Source: a virus
Lineage: Duplodnaviria; Heunggongvirae; Uroviricota; Caudoviricetes
Strand: one strand, 5' to 3'
IMG/VR virus record: IMGVR_UViG_3300037189_028117
Location: 82,977 to 115,645 of that record
DNA: 32,669 nucleotides
This document shows positions 8,273 to 17,844 of the stretch, one piece after another. The notes beneath the pieces were generated by a model. It did no database searches and had not been told where the DNA came from. It saw nothing but the letters and a program-made list of their open reading frames with translations. Positions within the stretch are counted from its first letter, which is position 1. The number at the start of each line of letters is the position of its first letter. Made by a program: the position numbers and the translations under genes.

Positions 8273-8718
8273 TACTATTAAATGAATTATCAATATATGA
8301 TAATGAATTATCAATAGATGATATTAATGAATTTAATTTTGTAGATAATAAAGTTTCGCTAGAAACTATAGATAAAATTTTACCAGTAATATTTGAAAGT
8401 TTAGATGACAAGAATTATCAAAATTTAACTTTAAAACAATCTGATGAACAATTCCAAGCTTCTATGTCGGTAATTGATGATATTATACGTTACCAAGATA
8501 TATATAATGAAACAATTATTAAATATATTTATTATTTTGATTCTATACAATTAAAAATTATATTACAATACCAATATCTCGAAGAAGAAACTGTTAAGTT
8601 TATAATTTCTTTATTTGAAAAAGATGAGATTTCTAAAAATTTACAGTTTTTATTTTCAAATGAAAAAATATCAGAAAGTATAAAAAATGAATTAAAATCT
8701 CTTATTGAAATTATATAA
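8269..8718 (+). CDS. Hypothetical protein, distant paralog of 6865-7170
   Basis: Shares a YQxLxEE-like motif and the C-terminus IKNELKSLIEII versus IKKEIKTLKEII. Confidence 0.65.
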   Translation: MILLNELSIYDNELSIDDINEFNFVDNKVSLETIDKILPVIFESLDDKNYQNLTLKQSDEQFQASMSVIDDIIRYQDIYNETIIKYIYYFDSIQLKIILQYQYLEEETVKFIISLFEKDEISKNLQFLFSNEKISESIKNELKSLIEII

Positions 8719-8751
8719 GTTCACCAAAATTAATAATTTAACATAGAAATG

Positions 8752-8779
8752 GGAAAGCAAATTTTTGCTTTCCTTTTTT
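8752..8779 (+). terminator. Rho-independent terminator ending the replication module
   Basis: GGAAAGCAA / TTGCTTTCC 9-bp stem, 4-nt loop, T6. Confidence 0.88.
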
Positions 8780-8794
8780 GTTTTGATATATAAT
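8765..8794 (+). promoter_or_regulatory. Candidate sigma70-type promoter overlapping the terminator
   Basis: TTGCTT (8765-8770), 18-nt spacer, TATAAT (8789-8794), then a GGAG SD before the ATG at 8809. Confidence 0.45.
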
Positions 8795-8808
8795 CAGTTG
8801 GAGAACTT

Positions 8809-9258
8809 ATGGATTACCAAAAAAAAGAGAGAACAACAAGATCAAACTCATATCAATTTGTACTTTTGGAACAAGCATTTGCACCAGAGATGCTAGCCGA
8901 GGTGGCCGATTCGGAGGGAATATTTGCTCAATTAAATCCTTTTGGGTACAATGAAACAATCCTTGAGCTAAAAGATCAATTAAAAATTGAGTTCTGGAGA
9001 TTAGTTGAAGAAAAGCTTACACCTAGACAAAGAGAGGTTATAAAACTTTATTGTGAAGGTTTAACCCAAATGGAGATAGCAAAAAAACTAAATGTAAACC
9101 AAAGCTCAATTACAAAATCATTAAATGGTAATTGTGATTATAGGAACGGAAGAAGATTATATGGTGGATCTAGAAAGAAATTGCAAAAATTGGCCGAACA
9201 AGATCCTAAAATCCAAGCAATAATTGAAAAAATACAAGAACTCAGTGATGGGTTTTGA
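8809..9258 (+). CDS. Sigma-70 region 4-like HTH transcription regulator
   Basis: LTPRQREVIKLYCEGLTQMEIAKKLNVNQSSIT matches sigma region 4; no region 2 is recognisable. Confidence 0.8.
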   Translation: MDYQKKERTTRSNSYQFVLLEQAFAPEMLAEVADSEGIFAQLNPFGYNETILELKDQLKIEFWRLVEEKLTPRQREVIKLYCEGLTQMEIAKKLNVNQSSITKSLNGNCDYRNGRRLYGGSRKKLQKLAEQDPKIQAIIEKIQELSDGF

Positions 9259-9276
9259 TATATGTCAAATCGTAAT

Positions 9277-9299
9277 TAGTAGCAACCTACTATTTTTTT
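9277..9299 (+). terminator. Rho-independent terminator
   Basis: TAGTAG / CTACTA stem, CAAC loop, T7. Confidence 0.7.
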
Positions 9300-9328
9300 G
9301 ATATTTATTTTAGTTAGAAATATATAAT
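9298..9328 (+). promoter_or_regulatory. Candidate promoter for the head module
   Basis: TTGATA (9298-9303), then TATATA at 17 nt or TATAAT (9323-9328) at 19 nt; GGAG SD at 9332-9335. Confidence 0.4.
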
Positions 9329-9341
9329 TTTGGAGATTTTA

Positions 9342-9839
9342 ATGGACAAACATTTTATAGATTATTCTAGTTTAGAAAAAGACTTAAACAGACCAAAGCA
9401 TTATAAATATGCTGATGTTAAAGATAAACTAGTAAAAGTAGCATTTGATATTGTTAAGTTTAATGATCCAAATGAAGATATTGATGGTTTATGGCAAATC
9501 AAAGCCACCGATGACGGAGAGGTCATTGTTGCTTTATATGAACCAGCAGAAAATGTAAAGCAATCAAATGCAGATAGTTCTGGTTTATTAAAAAATGCTT
9601 CTTTTGGTTGGCAAGTAATTGCTGGAAAAGATTCTCTTAATCTATTTTATAAAGAAGAACCTATTGCTAGATACAGTTTTGACCAGTTTGGTATCGAAAA
9701 AGATGATAGAGCAGAATTTTGCAAGCATGTTAATGAAAAGCTAAATACAGATACTAATTATGTGAAAGCTCTTTTTAATGAATTACCTATTGCTAAGAAA
9801 GCGGAAATTGCTAAAAGATTTCCAGAACTTACAAAATAA
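9342..9839 (+). CDS. Hypothetical head-module protein
   Basis: ATG at 9342 chosen over TTG at 9330 because the SD lies at 9332-9335. Confidence 0.7.
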   Translation: MDKHFIDYSSLEKDLNRPKHYKYADVKDKLVKVAFDIVKFNDPNEDIDGLWQIKATDDGEVIVALYEPAENVKQSNADSSGLLKNASFGWQVIAGKDSLNLFYKEEPIARYSFDQFGIEKDDRAEFCKHVNEKLNTDTNYVKALFNELPIAKKAEIAKRFPELTK

Positions 9840-9866
9840 GATCCATTTAAAATAAACAGGAAAAAT

Positions 9867-11468
9867 ATGGACCCCAAGAATATTAATGATTTTAAACAAT
9901 TTGTGGATGAACTTAGCAAAAAATTTGCTGGTCAAGAAAAGTTTTTCACTTTAAAATTAGCCACAAGACTTAACAAAGCCGCAGAGCTTCACCCACATGA
10001 TCAAACCATAATTCAAGTGGCATCCGTATTAAACAAAAAAGCAAATTCTGGTTCTCATTTAATTAGTAAAGAAGAATTAAATGATATTTATAGAAACTTT
10101 TATATAACAAATACAAAATGTGCTTCCTTTTTATCAGAAGAACTTGATTTAAAAGAATCTCTCCCAGAAGCAAAGAAAATGTCACGAAGAGAAGATGAAG
10201 GTCAATATGAGGATCTTTATGCCAAATATGCAGATTCAAAATTAGTAAATGAACTTGAGTCTGCTTTTGATAAAAGTGCAAATTATAAACCATTTAGTAA
10301 AAAAGCAGCTCAATCCGCTGAAAAGATTGTAAAATCTTTAATTGGTGGTGATGTTAAAGTTCTTGATGGTAGTGATTTTGCTGTTATTTGTCAAGCTTCA
10401 TTTGATACACCAAAAGGTAAGGGTCATGTAGTTGTTCCCGTAGAAGTTGTGGATGATAAGGCTTTAATACCAAATATGTTTTTAACACAAGCTGGATTTA
10501 AAGAGTTTTCTACAGAAAATTTAGAAGATCATTTAATTTCTACAGCTGGCAAAAATTTCCAATTAAACACACAAGAACTTTTAAACGCAATCAAGGTTGC
10601 TAAATTTGGCGAAAAAGAAGAGTTAGATGAAGTAGATTTAGCAGTAATGTCTTTAAAGGCACGAGCTGGAATTTCTTCTGATTTTGACCCAAATGGTATA
10701 ATTTATCAATCCATAGATTCTTTTGAACCAGAAATTTCAATGGAAACAGAAGAAGTTAAAACTTTCTCTGAACAATTAAACTCAACTGCTGGAACTGCAG
10801 AATTTATATTTGGAAAAGAAAATGTAAATATAGGTAAGAATATAATTGCTAAAGAACTTTCAAGTGCAGGAATTAAAGATTATCAAATAAAAGTTTCATC
10901 TGTACAAGATGACAGTATAACTTATGCTGTATCAGCATCTGGATGTGGGTTTAAAGTTCCTATGAAAGTTGAATCTAAAAAAATACAATATCCAAATATT
11001 ATACTAGCAAAAGGAAGCGTTTCTGAGTTTTCAACTTCTGGAATAAAAGAAGCTTTAAGTTCAAATGATAATAGTATTCACTTTGAAATGAATGGATACG
11101 GATTAATGTCAAACGCTCAATTATTAACTTTAGTTGATGAATCATGTAATAAAGGTGATATTAATAAAGTTGCAGAACTTGTTACTTTTATAAAAGAAAC
11201 TGGCGATGAATCAGCTTTCAAGTATGCGTTTGCTTCATACATGAGTTTAATGCAAGGTTCTTTTGTTAAAAAGGCAAGTCAAGAAAATAAAATTAAAACA
11301 ATAAAACTTGGTGGAAGAGAAGTTTGCGCAGAAACCTTCTTACCAGTTGATAAGGTTTATGTTAATGAATTTGGAGAGATAGTTCCAAAATACAGACAAA
11401 ACATGGAAAAAACTGATGAAGTAACTGCGGCTGGAATGATGAATGCAAAAATCATAATGGGGCTATAA
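9867..11468 (+). CDS. Hypothetical head-module protein with an internal domain duplication
   Basis: 533 aa; two VP...PN...EFST repeats; K-x-A motifs (NKKANS, VKKASQ). Confidence 0.75.
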   Translation: MDPKNINDFKQFVDELSKKFAGQEKFFTLKLATRLNKAAELHPHDQTIIQVASVLNKKANSGSHLISKEELNDIYRNFYITNTKCASFLSEELDLKESLPEAKKMSRREDEGQYEDLYAKYADSKLVNELESAFDKSANYKPFSKKAAQSAEKIVKSLIGGDVKVLDGSDFAVICQASFDTPKGKGHVVVPVEVVDDKALIPNMFLTQAGFKEFSTENLEDHLISTAGKNFQLNTQELLNAIKVAKFGEKEELDEVDLAVMSLKARAGISSDFDPNGIIYQSIDSFEPEISMETEEVKTFSEQLNSTAGTAEFIFGKENVNIGKNIIAKELSSAGIKDYQIKVSSVQDDSITYAVSASGCGFKVPMKVESKKIQYPNIILAKGSVSEFSTSGIKEALSSNDNSIHFEMNGYGLMSNAQLLTLVDESCNKGDINKVAELVTFIKETGDESAFKYAFASYMSLMQGSFVKKASQENKIKTIKLGGREVCAETFLPVDKVYVNEFGEIVPKYRQNMEKTDEVTAAGMMNAKIIMGL

Positions 11469-12196
11469 TGAAACATAAATTAATTGAAAAACTAAATGAT
11501 TTAATTCAACTTTGCAGCAATCCAGATTCTGAAGTTTGCGTTGAAGCTGAAAAAATCTGTGATGGAAAAGATTTTGTTAAATTTACAGAATTTCTCATGG
11601 AATGTTCAGAAACATTAGGAAAAGCAAAAGCTTTAATTGAAGAAAAGGCAAGCGATTTATCTGAGGATGATATTGATGAACTTGGTGAAATTGCATCAAT
11701 TTTTGATGAATCTGATGATGAAGATTTAAAGAAGAAAGCTTCGGTTCTTGATGAAATATTAATAACCATTGGGGCAAATAAAGATTTTAAAGAAAACTTT
11801 AAAAAAGCAGAATCTGATGAAATAGAATCTCTTCGAGCAAAATTAAGAAGAGAAACAGGCGAAAAATTATATTCAAATTCTGAAAAAGAATATCAAGCAG
11901 AAGCTAAAAAAAAAATAGAAGAGAAAGTTAAAACTTATAGACCTTTGCAAGGATCTTTATCTACCAGATATTCTCCAGATATGCCAGGGGTTAGTTTGAT
12001 GAGGGTTGGCGAAAATGTTTATCAATGCCCTGTAACAAAGAAAATATATAATTTTGCAGAAGGATTTACAACAGCAAATGGTACAAAAATACCAGGAACC
12101 TCAGTTCAAGGCCAAACAGATTTTAGTGAACAAGTAAGCGCTGAACATCAAATGTTTTCTACAACAAGAGATGATATTCTAAATGGCTCTCGGTAA
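11468..12196 (+). CDS. Hypothetical head-module protein
   Basis: 242 aa; acidic helical middle and a C-terminal LSTRYSPDMPG...YQCP segment. Confidence 0.75.
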   Translation: MKHKLIEKLNDLIQLCSNPDSEVCVEAEKICDGKDFVKFTEFLMECSETLGKAKALIEEKASDLSEDDIDELGEIASIFDESDDEDLKKKASVLDEILITIGANKDFKENFKKAESDEIESLRAKLRRETGEKLYSNSEKEYQAEAKKKIEEKVKTYRPLQGSLSTRYSPDMPGVSLMRVGENVYQCPVTKKIYNFAEGFTTANGTKIPGTSVQGQTDFSEQVSAEHQMFSTTRDDILNGSR

Positions 12197-12205
12197 GGAG
12201 GGTGA

Positions 12206-12949
12206 ATGTCGGCTGATTACTCAAAATTATTAGAACATCCAGATAAAGAAGAAATCATTAGTAAAATAATGACAGGATCTTCTCATAAATCTATTGCTGA
12301 TTGGCTTAAAATAAAATATTCATTAAAAGAACAATCTCATTTAAGATTAACTTCAAATTTTTTAAAAGAATTTTCCGATAATAATATTGATTTATTTAAT
12401 CAATTAAGAAATGATTTATCAAATGTAAAATCTAGCAATGATAAAATAAATAAAAAAATATCCGAATCTTTATTAAATAATAAAACTTATAAAGAAAGAT
12501 TAAATGAACTTGCCGATTCCGAGATTGATATAAAAAGAGTCATTACAGATACTATATTTTTGATACGTGGACGTGTTGAACAAATGTATGATATTGTTCA
12601 AAATAATCCAGAAAATACAAAACCTGATTATGCTTTAATAAAATGGTTTGAAACTTTATTAAATGCAACCGAAAAATATCAAAAGATATATGCTCAACCA
12701 GAGGGTTCAGTTATAAATAACAATATAACCGTCAATATGATTGAACAACATTCTTCGGTTTTACAAGAAGCCATAAGAGATACTTTGTCGGAAATAGATC
12801 CCGAAATTGCTTTCATCTTTATGGATAAGCTTGCTAAAAAATTAGCAAAACTAGAAGAACCAACAGATAAATTTGAATCTACCGAAAGAAGATTTGGTGA
12901 AGTTAAAGCTTTACAAGATTCTGTAAAGGAGTTTGAAGATGTTTCTTAA
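12206..12949 (+). CDS. HTH/coiled-coil protein, candidate terminase small subunit
   Basis: N-terminal HTH-like KEEIISKIMTGSSHKSIADWLK, helical middle, INNNITVN strand. Function is inference only. Confidence 0.35.
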   Translation: MSADYSKLLEHPDKEEIISKIMTGSSHKSIADWLKIKYSLKEQSHLRLTSNFLKEFSDNNIDLFNQLRNDLSNVKSSNDKINKKISESLLNNKTYKERLNELADSEIDIKRVITDTIFLIRGRVEQMYDIVQNNPENTKPDYALIKWFETLLNATEKYQKIYAQPEGSVINNNITVNMIEQHSSVLQEAIRDTLSEIDPEIAFIFMDKLAKKLAKLEEPTDKFESTERRFGEVKALQDSVKEFEDVS

Positions 12950-14723
12950 TAAGAAATATAAAGAACAAAAAGATTTAATTTTCAAATCTGCATCGGCTCA
13001 AAATGTAGATTTTTTAGTAGATAGACTTGATAATTTATTTGATTTAATGAAAGAAGCTAATATAAATAATGAAAAAGATTATATAAAATTTAAAAATAAT
13101 TTAAAAAAAGAATCTATAAAAAAACATTTTATAAAGAAATCATACCCTCAAGCATTTGACGCTTTTCATATTCAAGCTCCTCATAATTTAAATAAATGGT
13201 TGGATACGGTAAAAAATATATATAATTTACATTTTAAAGGTTATGATTTGGGAGAATCAACCGAGTTATTAATAAAAGATTGGGATACTATGGAAAAGAA
13301 TGATTTTAAAAACTGGCTTAAATTTTACCAAACAAACCAAAATAAATCGTATAAAATTGCACAATTTACGGTTGGGGATGGTATTCCTATAGATCATTTA
13401 ATTAGACGGACTCCAGATTTTCCAAGCAAAATTATGGACCCAAGAAATGAAGAATGGGAAAAGCTTCAAGAGAATTCTCAAAAGCAAAAACTTGAACGAC
13501 AAAGACAAGCTTTAATTGGAAGATTAAATTCTGCCGAAAAAATCGTTTCAACAAATGCTGGCAATTTATTTAAAACTGAAGCTGAGATAAATTCTTGGCT
13601 TGAAACTCTTCATTCTTTAAAAAGAAAAATTCAAACGATAAAAAGTGCCGCAACTTTGCAAGATGTTATAATAGCTTCTGCAAATAAATTAAAATTTGAT
13701 GGACTTCATAAAACGGCAAATATAATTATGAAAATTGCTCAAGAAGTTCCTAGTGAAGCTGTTCCAGAAGATGCCGCTTCAGAAAATCCAATACCAGAAG
13801 AAAATCAAGAATTATCACAAGATCCAATGGCAAATCCAGAAATGCCAGAAGATGCAGGCTTAGATTTATCTGTACCAGAAGAAGATTCCGATGAAATGCT
13901 ACCAGATGATGATTTAGATGATCCAGATGGTGCCGTTAGAGAGTTTTTAGAAAACTTAGGTGTTTCCGCTTCAGATAACTTTGATGGAGCTATAATTGTT
14001 GTTGGTGACGATTCTTCAATAAACAAAAAAGCTCAAGCCGTTCCTGGTACAGAACAAATACAACCTCCCCAAGAAATAAATCCAGAGTTGTCACAAGATT
14101 TACCTCCTGAACCAATATCAGAAACCTTAGATGCTCCGGGAGAAATTAATGTCGAAGAGATTGAGGAACCAGAAGAAGGCTTAACTTCTCAACAAGACGA
14201 AAAAGCAGTTCGAGAATTAACCGATACTGATAGGGCTATTGATCAAGCATTCAGTAACGTTAATTATGACGATATAATTGTTAAGTTAGAATCTTTAGCA
14301 ACTCTATTCAAGCAAAGACAAGTTATTAGAGAATTAACTATCGTTGACTTAATGTTACAAGCAGTTGGTATTGCTTCATTCTTCCCAAGCTTAGGGGAAG
14401 CCACAAAATCTGCTTTAGATTCAAATCAATATGTGCTTACTAGAGTAGAAGATATTTTAGCTAAATTAAGAGGAGCTTCCGGTTTAACAGATGGTACTTT
14501 AGATCAAGTTAAAGATAAACTTGAAACATCTGAAGAAAATGAATTTAAAAAGAAAGAAAACCGTGTAAGAGAAAAGATGCAACCTAATGCAGATGAACCA
14601 AATGTAATTGAAGAGTTAAGTGGTCCAACAAAAGTTGAAACTGTTACTCCCGAAAAATCACCTCCACAACCATCAGAAAAACCAACAGCCCCAGTAAACC
14701 CAGAACAACCACAGGTAATATAA
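12939..14723 (+). CDS. Large acidic head-module protein (scaffold or internal-protein-like)
   Basis: ATG at 12939 follows an AAGGAG SD; long E/D/P-rich disordered tracts; at least five K-x-A motifs. Confidence 0.7.
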   Translation: MFLNKKYKEQKDLIFKSASAQNVDFLVDRLDNLFDLMKEANINNEKDYIKFKNNLKKESIKKHFIKKSYPQAFDAFHIQAPHNLNKWLDTVKNIYNLHFKGYDLGESTELLIKDWDTMEKNDFKNWLKFYQTNQNKSYKIAQFTVGDGIPIDHLIRRTPDFPSKIMDPRNEEWEKLQENSQKQKLERQRQALIGRLNSAEKIVSTNAGNLFKTEAEINSWLETLHSLKRKIQTIKSAATLQDVIIASANKLKFDGLHKTANIIMKIAQEVPSEAVPEDAASENPIPEENQELSQDPMANPEMPEDAGLDLSVPEEDSDEMLPDDDLDDPDGAVREFLENLGVSASDNFDGAIIVVGDDSSINKKAQAVPGTEQIQPPQEINPELSQDLPPEPISETLDAPGEINVEEIEEPEEGLTSQQDEKAVRELTDTDRAIDQAFSNVNYDDIIVKLESLATLFKQRQVIRELTIVDLMLQAVGIASFFPSLGEATKSALDSNQYVLTRVEDILAKLRGASGLTDGTLDQVKDKLETSEENEFKKKENRVREKMQPNADEPNVIEELSGPTKVETVTPEKSPPQPSEKPTAPVNPEQPQVI

Positions 14724-14724
14724 A

Positions 14725-15471
14725 ATGAAAATTAGAGATATTTTAAATCAGATAAATAAAATATCTCAAGATATTGGAACTTCCAAAGTTTATATTTGTG
14801 GAGGTATTCCAAGAGATAAAATTTTAAATAAACTTGAAAAAGTTTCTGATATTGATTTAACAACTGGCGACAATACAATAAAAAATCTTGCTAAAGAATG
14901 TTCTATTAAATTTGCTGGACCAAACACCACATATAAGACTATGGATGATGGTCACTCAAAACTTATAATTGATGGCGTAAATTTTGATTTTTCTTCAAAT
15001 TATATAATACCAAATTTAAAAGAATATTTTGAATCAAAAAATGAAACAAAATCTAGTTTAGATTTAGAAATGTACAGCAGAGATTTTACTTGCAACTCTT
15101 TACTTTTAGATTTTGATTTAGAAACAATTTTGGATCCTTTAAATAGAGGAATTTCAGACATTGAAGGTAAAATGTTAAAAACCTGCTTAGATCCAAGCAT
15201 AACTTTAGGTGTTGATAATAAAAGAATATCAAGAGCAATTTATCTTGCTGCCAAATTAGGTTTTAATCTTGACCCACAAGTTTTTAATTGGATAAAAGAA
15301 AATCCAGAAAAAATTGCCACCCCAGGCAATAAATATGTTTCAAAAAGAATAAATAAAGCTTTATTTTATAATAAAGAATATACAATACAATTACTCGATG
15401 ATTTGGGTTTATGGAGTTATATTCCAACAAACAAAGGATCTCAAGATCAAATATTAAAGGAAATAATATGA
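14725..15471 (+). CDS. Class II tRNA nucleotidyltransferase / poly(A) polymerase family (head-neck domain only)
   Basis: VYICGGIPRD, DIDLTT (catalytic DxD), SRDFTCNSL, LDPL, DNKRISRAIYLAAKLGF. Confidence 0.9.
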   Translation: MKIRDILNQINKISQDIGTSKVYICGGIPRDKILNKLEKVSDIDLTTGDNTIKNLAKECSIKFAGPNTTYKTMDDGHSKLIIDGVNFDFSSNYIIPNLKEYFESKNETKSSLDLEMYSRDFTCNSLLLDFDLETILDPLNRGISDIEGKMLKTCLDPSITLGVDNKRISRAIYLAAKLGFNLDPQVFNWIKENPEKIATPGNKYVSKRINKALFYNKEYTIQLLDDLGLWSYIPTNKGSQDQILKEII

Positions 15472-15662
15472 GTAAAGAAGAATTTGGAGTAATGCCTTTT
15501 GGAGAAAAAGGTATGATTAGACAAAATTATGATTATGGAGAAGGGCTTTATTTTGGAATACCAAGCGAAAAGTTTTTTAAAAAATTAAAGAAAAAGAAAA
15601 ATAAAAAAGCTCATGATGATATATTATATTTGGCAGAAATGTTTTTAAAAATTTCACAATGA
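15468..15662 (+). CDS. Small basic hypothetical protein (64 aa)
   Basis: ATG at 15468 overlaps the NTase stop (ATGA) and follows an AAGG SD; Lys-rich C-terminus. Confidence 0.65.
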   Translation: MSKEEFGVMPFGEKGMIRQNYDYGEGLYFGIPSEKFFKKLKKKKNKKAHDDILYLAEMFLKISQ

Positions 15663-16528
15663 AAAAATTAGCTATAATCAGAAATAATGCGGAATGTCCA
15701 TTTGGTTTACCAATACCTTTTGGTTGCAAAAATATTGGAGAAAAAATAGATTATTTAAGACCAACTCAATTGGCAAGAAATGATGAAGAATTAAAAGAAA
15801 TTATAGAATTAAATAACCAAATTATGATGACCGAAGTTGGTTCCGGAACATGCCCATTCGCTCAACATATTTTGGAAAAATCCGTTGAATGCAATTTTCA
15901 ATCAAATGGAATTGATCCAAAAGGTTTAGTTGGCTCAAATTTTTACACAAAACTTCCTCAAGGACCTTCTTTTGATGGAATGTTTTCCTTCCCACAAGGT
16001 CCATATGGCGATGAAGGAAATTCCGGAAGAAACAGCTATTATTCTTATTTTTCAAGTCAAGGAAGTTCAATGTTAAAATATAAAAAAGCTTCCATAGAAT
16101 CCGATATAAAGGATGCAATTCAACATGCTGCTTACTCAGGAATTAATTATAACGGAAAGGTTTGTTTTAAAGTTGCATATGAAGGAGATATGCAATTGGA
16201 TGAAATATTAAAATGGGACGATGTTTCTTCTTGGGGAGAATGGAAAAGAGAAGAATTAAAAGATTTAAATGAAAATGATTTTAATAATGAAATAGAATCT
16301 TTTCGAGGAAAAGATTGGTTGAATATGGCCAAAGAATGGATAAATGGAACCTTTCCACCAATTATATTGATTTCAACCGCAGAAGGAGATTTTATTGGAG
16401 ATGGAAGAGGAAGAGTTTCTCTTGCATATGGACTTGATTTAGACTTTCTTCCGGTTATTGTTTTAAATGAAGATGAGATGGGCAATATTTGTTATAACTT
16501 CTCCAATGGAGATATTATCAACCAATAA
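15659..16528 (+). CDS. Cys-containing protein fused to a ParB/sulfiredoxin-like domain
   Basis: C-terminal FPPIILI...FIGDGRGRVSLAYGLDLDFLPVIV resembles the ParB/Srx PI..DGxxR..A..LG..xPV pattern. Confidence 0.55.
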   Translation: MKKLAIIRNNAECPFGLPIPFGCKNIGEKIDYLRPTQLARNDEELKEIIELNNQIMMTEVGSGTCPFAQHILEKSVECNFQSNGIDPKGLVGSNFYTKLPQGPSFDGMFSFPQGPYGDEGNSGRNSYYSYFSSQGSSMLKYKKASIESDIKDAIQHAAYSGINYNGKVCFKVAYEGDMQLDEILKWDDVSSWGEWKREELKDLNENDFNNEIESFRGKDWLNMAKEWINGTFPPIILISTAEGDFIGDGRGRVSLAYGLDLDFLPVIVLNEDEMGNICYNFSNGDIINQ

Positions 16529-16564
16529 TTAGGAATATAATTACACAAACTTTAAGGTAAAAAC

Positions 16565-17827
16565 ATGAGTTTAATAAAAAAAGCAGATAACATTAACGCA
16601 TTGGATTTAGCTACACCAGAAGAAAGAAATATTCTTGAAAGAGCTTTGGGTGGGAAATATAATGATAGAGGTCCAATTGTTGGTGGTAATTATCCCGATA
16701 AAGCATTTGATGATAGAGCTTTTGCCGATGATGCTCTTGAACAATTAGATGATATTATAAGTTCAGATTCAAATGATGAATTTGAAAAATCCGATGATTA
16801 TGAATCTTGCGGAGATTGCGGTTTTGATCATGGTTATGAATATGAACAAGCTTATAAATGGCATATGGATAATCCAGGTTCTTATTTTAATTCCGGAGTT
16901 ATTCCTCCAAATGAAAATGAACTTTATGTAGAAGAAGAAGATGCCGATTTAGAAAATGAAAATGATCCTCTTGCCGATTATGGAGTTATGTCTCCAGAAA
17001 TTATTCCTCAAGAATTAGATTATGATCAAGATGATTTTTCAAGCGTAAAAGATAAATCAAAAGATTCAGATGATGACACAGAAGTTGTTATTTCCGTTAC
17101 CGAAGGTGATGATGAACCTCAAATTTTCAAGTTTGATCTTCCCATGATCCCAGGCTCCGATGTTGAAGATGAAATAGAAATAGAAGAACCAGAAGAAGAT
17201 GTTGTCGTTGAAGAAAGAGATATGTGGGATTGGAACTCTCTTGGTCTCAAAAATTTCTTAAAATGGCTCCAAGGTATGTTTGATAATATTCCAAAACACT
17301 CCGGCCATGATACTTCCGGTATCGAAAGAGTTATTGCTTTCTTATCCAGAATGGATAAAGAAATATCAAAAGCCGTTCGCTCCGATATCCGTGGCGAAAT
17401 TGATGTAAATAAAGTTGAAGAAGCTCGCCACTCTATTAAAGATGGTATCAAACGCTGCGAAGAAAGATTAGATAAAATCACAGGAAAATCAAAAAAGAAA
17501 AAGAAAAAAGCAGATTCGGATAATGCTATAGTTAAAGAAGCCGGTGCTACCCCCATTAACAATGTTACCGCTACCGTTCCTCTCTTTATATTAAGAATGG
17601 CCAAAATCTGCATCAATGGCACCGTTTCCGCAGGTCACTCTATTGAAGATATGTTCTCAAGATTGGTCGATAAATATAAACTTGATGAAAGAGAACAAGC
17701 TGAACTTTTAGAATTAATCGAAAATATGGGATACCCAGTACCAAGAGACCGTGGATTCAATGTTGATGAAAGATTTGATCGTACAGGCGAAAATGGCTTT
17801 GATTGGCCAGCTAATTATTACTCCTAA
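16565..17827 (+). CDS. Acidic head-module protein
   Basis: 420 aa; D/E-rich N-half containing CGDCGFDH, helical C-half; K-x-A motifs IKKAD, KKKAD, VKEAG. Confidence 0.75.
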   Translation: MSLIKKADNINALDLATPEERNILERALGGKYNDRGPIVGGNYPDKAFDDRAFADDALEQLDDIISSDSNDEFEKSDDYESCGDCGFDHGYEYEQAYKWHMDNPGSYFNSGVIPPNENELYVEEEDADLENENDPLADYGVMSPEIIPQELDYDQDDFSSVKDKSKDSDDDTEVVISVTEGDDEPQIFKFDLPMIPGSDVEDEIEIEEPEEDVVVEERDMWDWNSLGLKNFLKWLQGMFDNIPKHSGHDTSGIERVIAFLSRMDKEISKAVRSDIRGEIDVNKVEEARHSIKDGIKRCEERLDKITGKSKKKKKKADSDNAIVKEAGATPINNVTATVPLFILRMAKICINGTVSAGHSIEDMFSRLVDKYKLDEREQAELLELIENMGYPVPRDRGFNVDERFDRTGENGFDWPANYYS

Positions 17828-17844
17828 TATTTAATAAGGTATAT

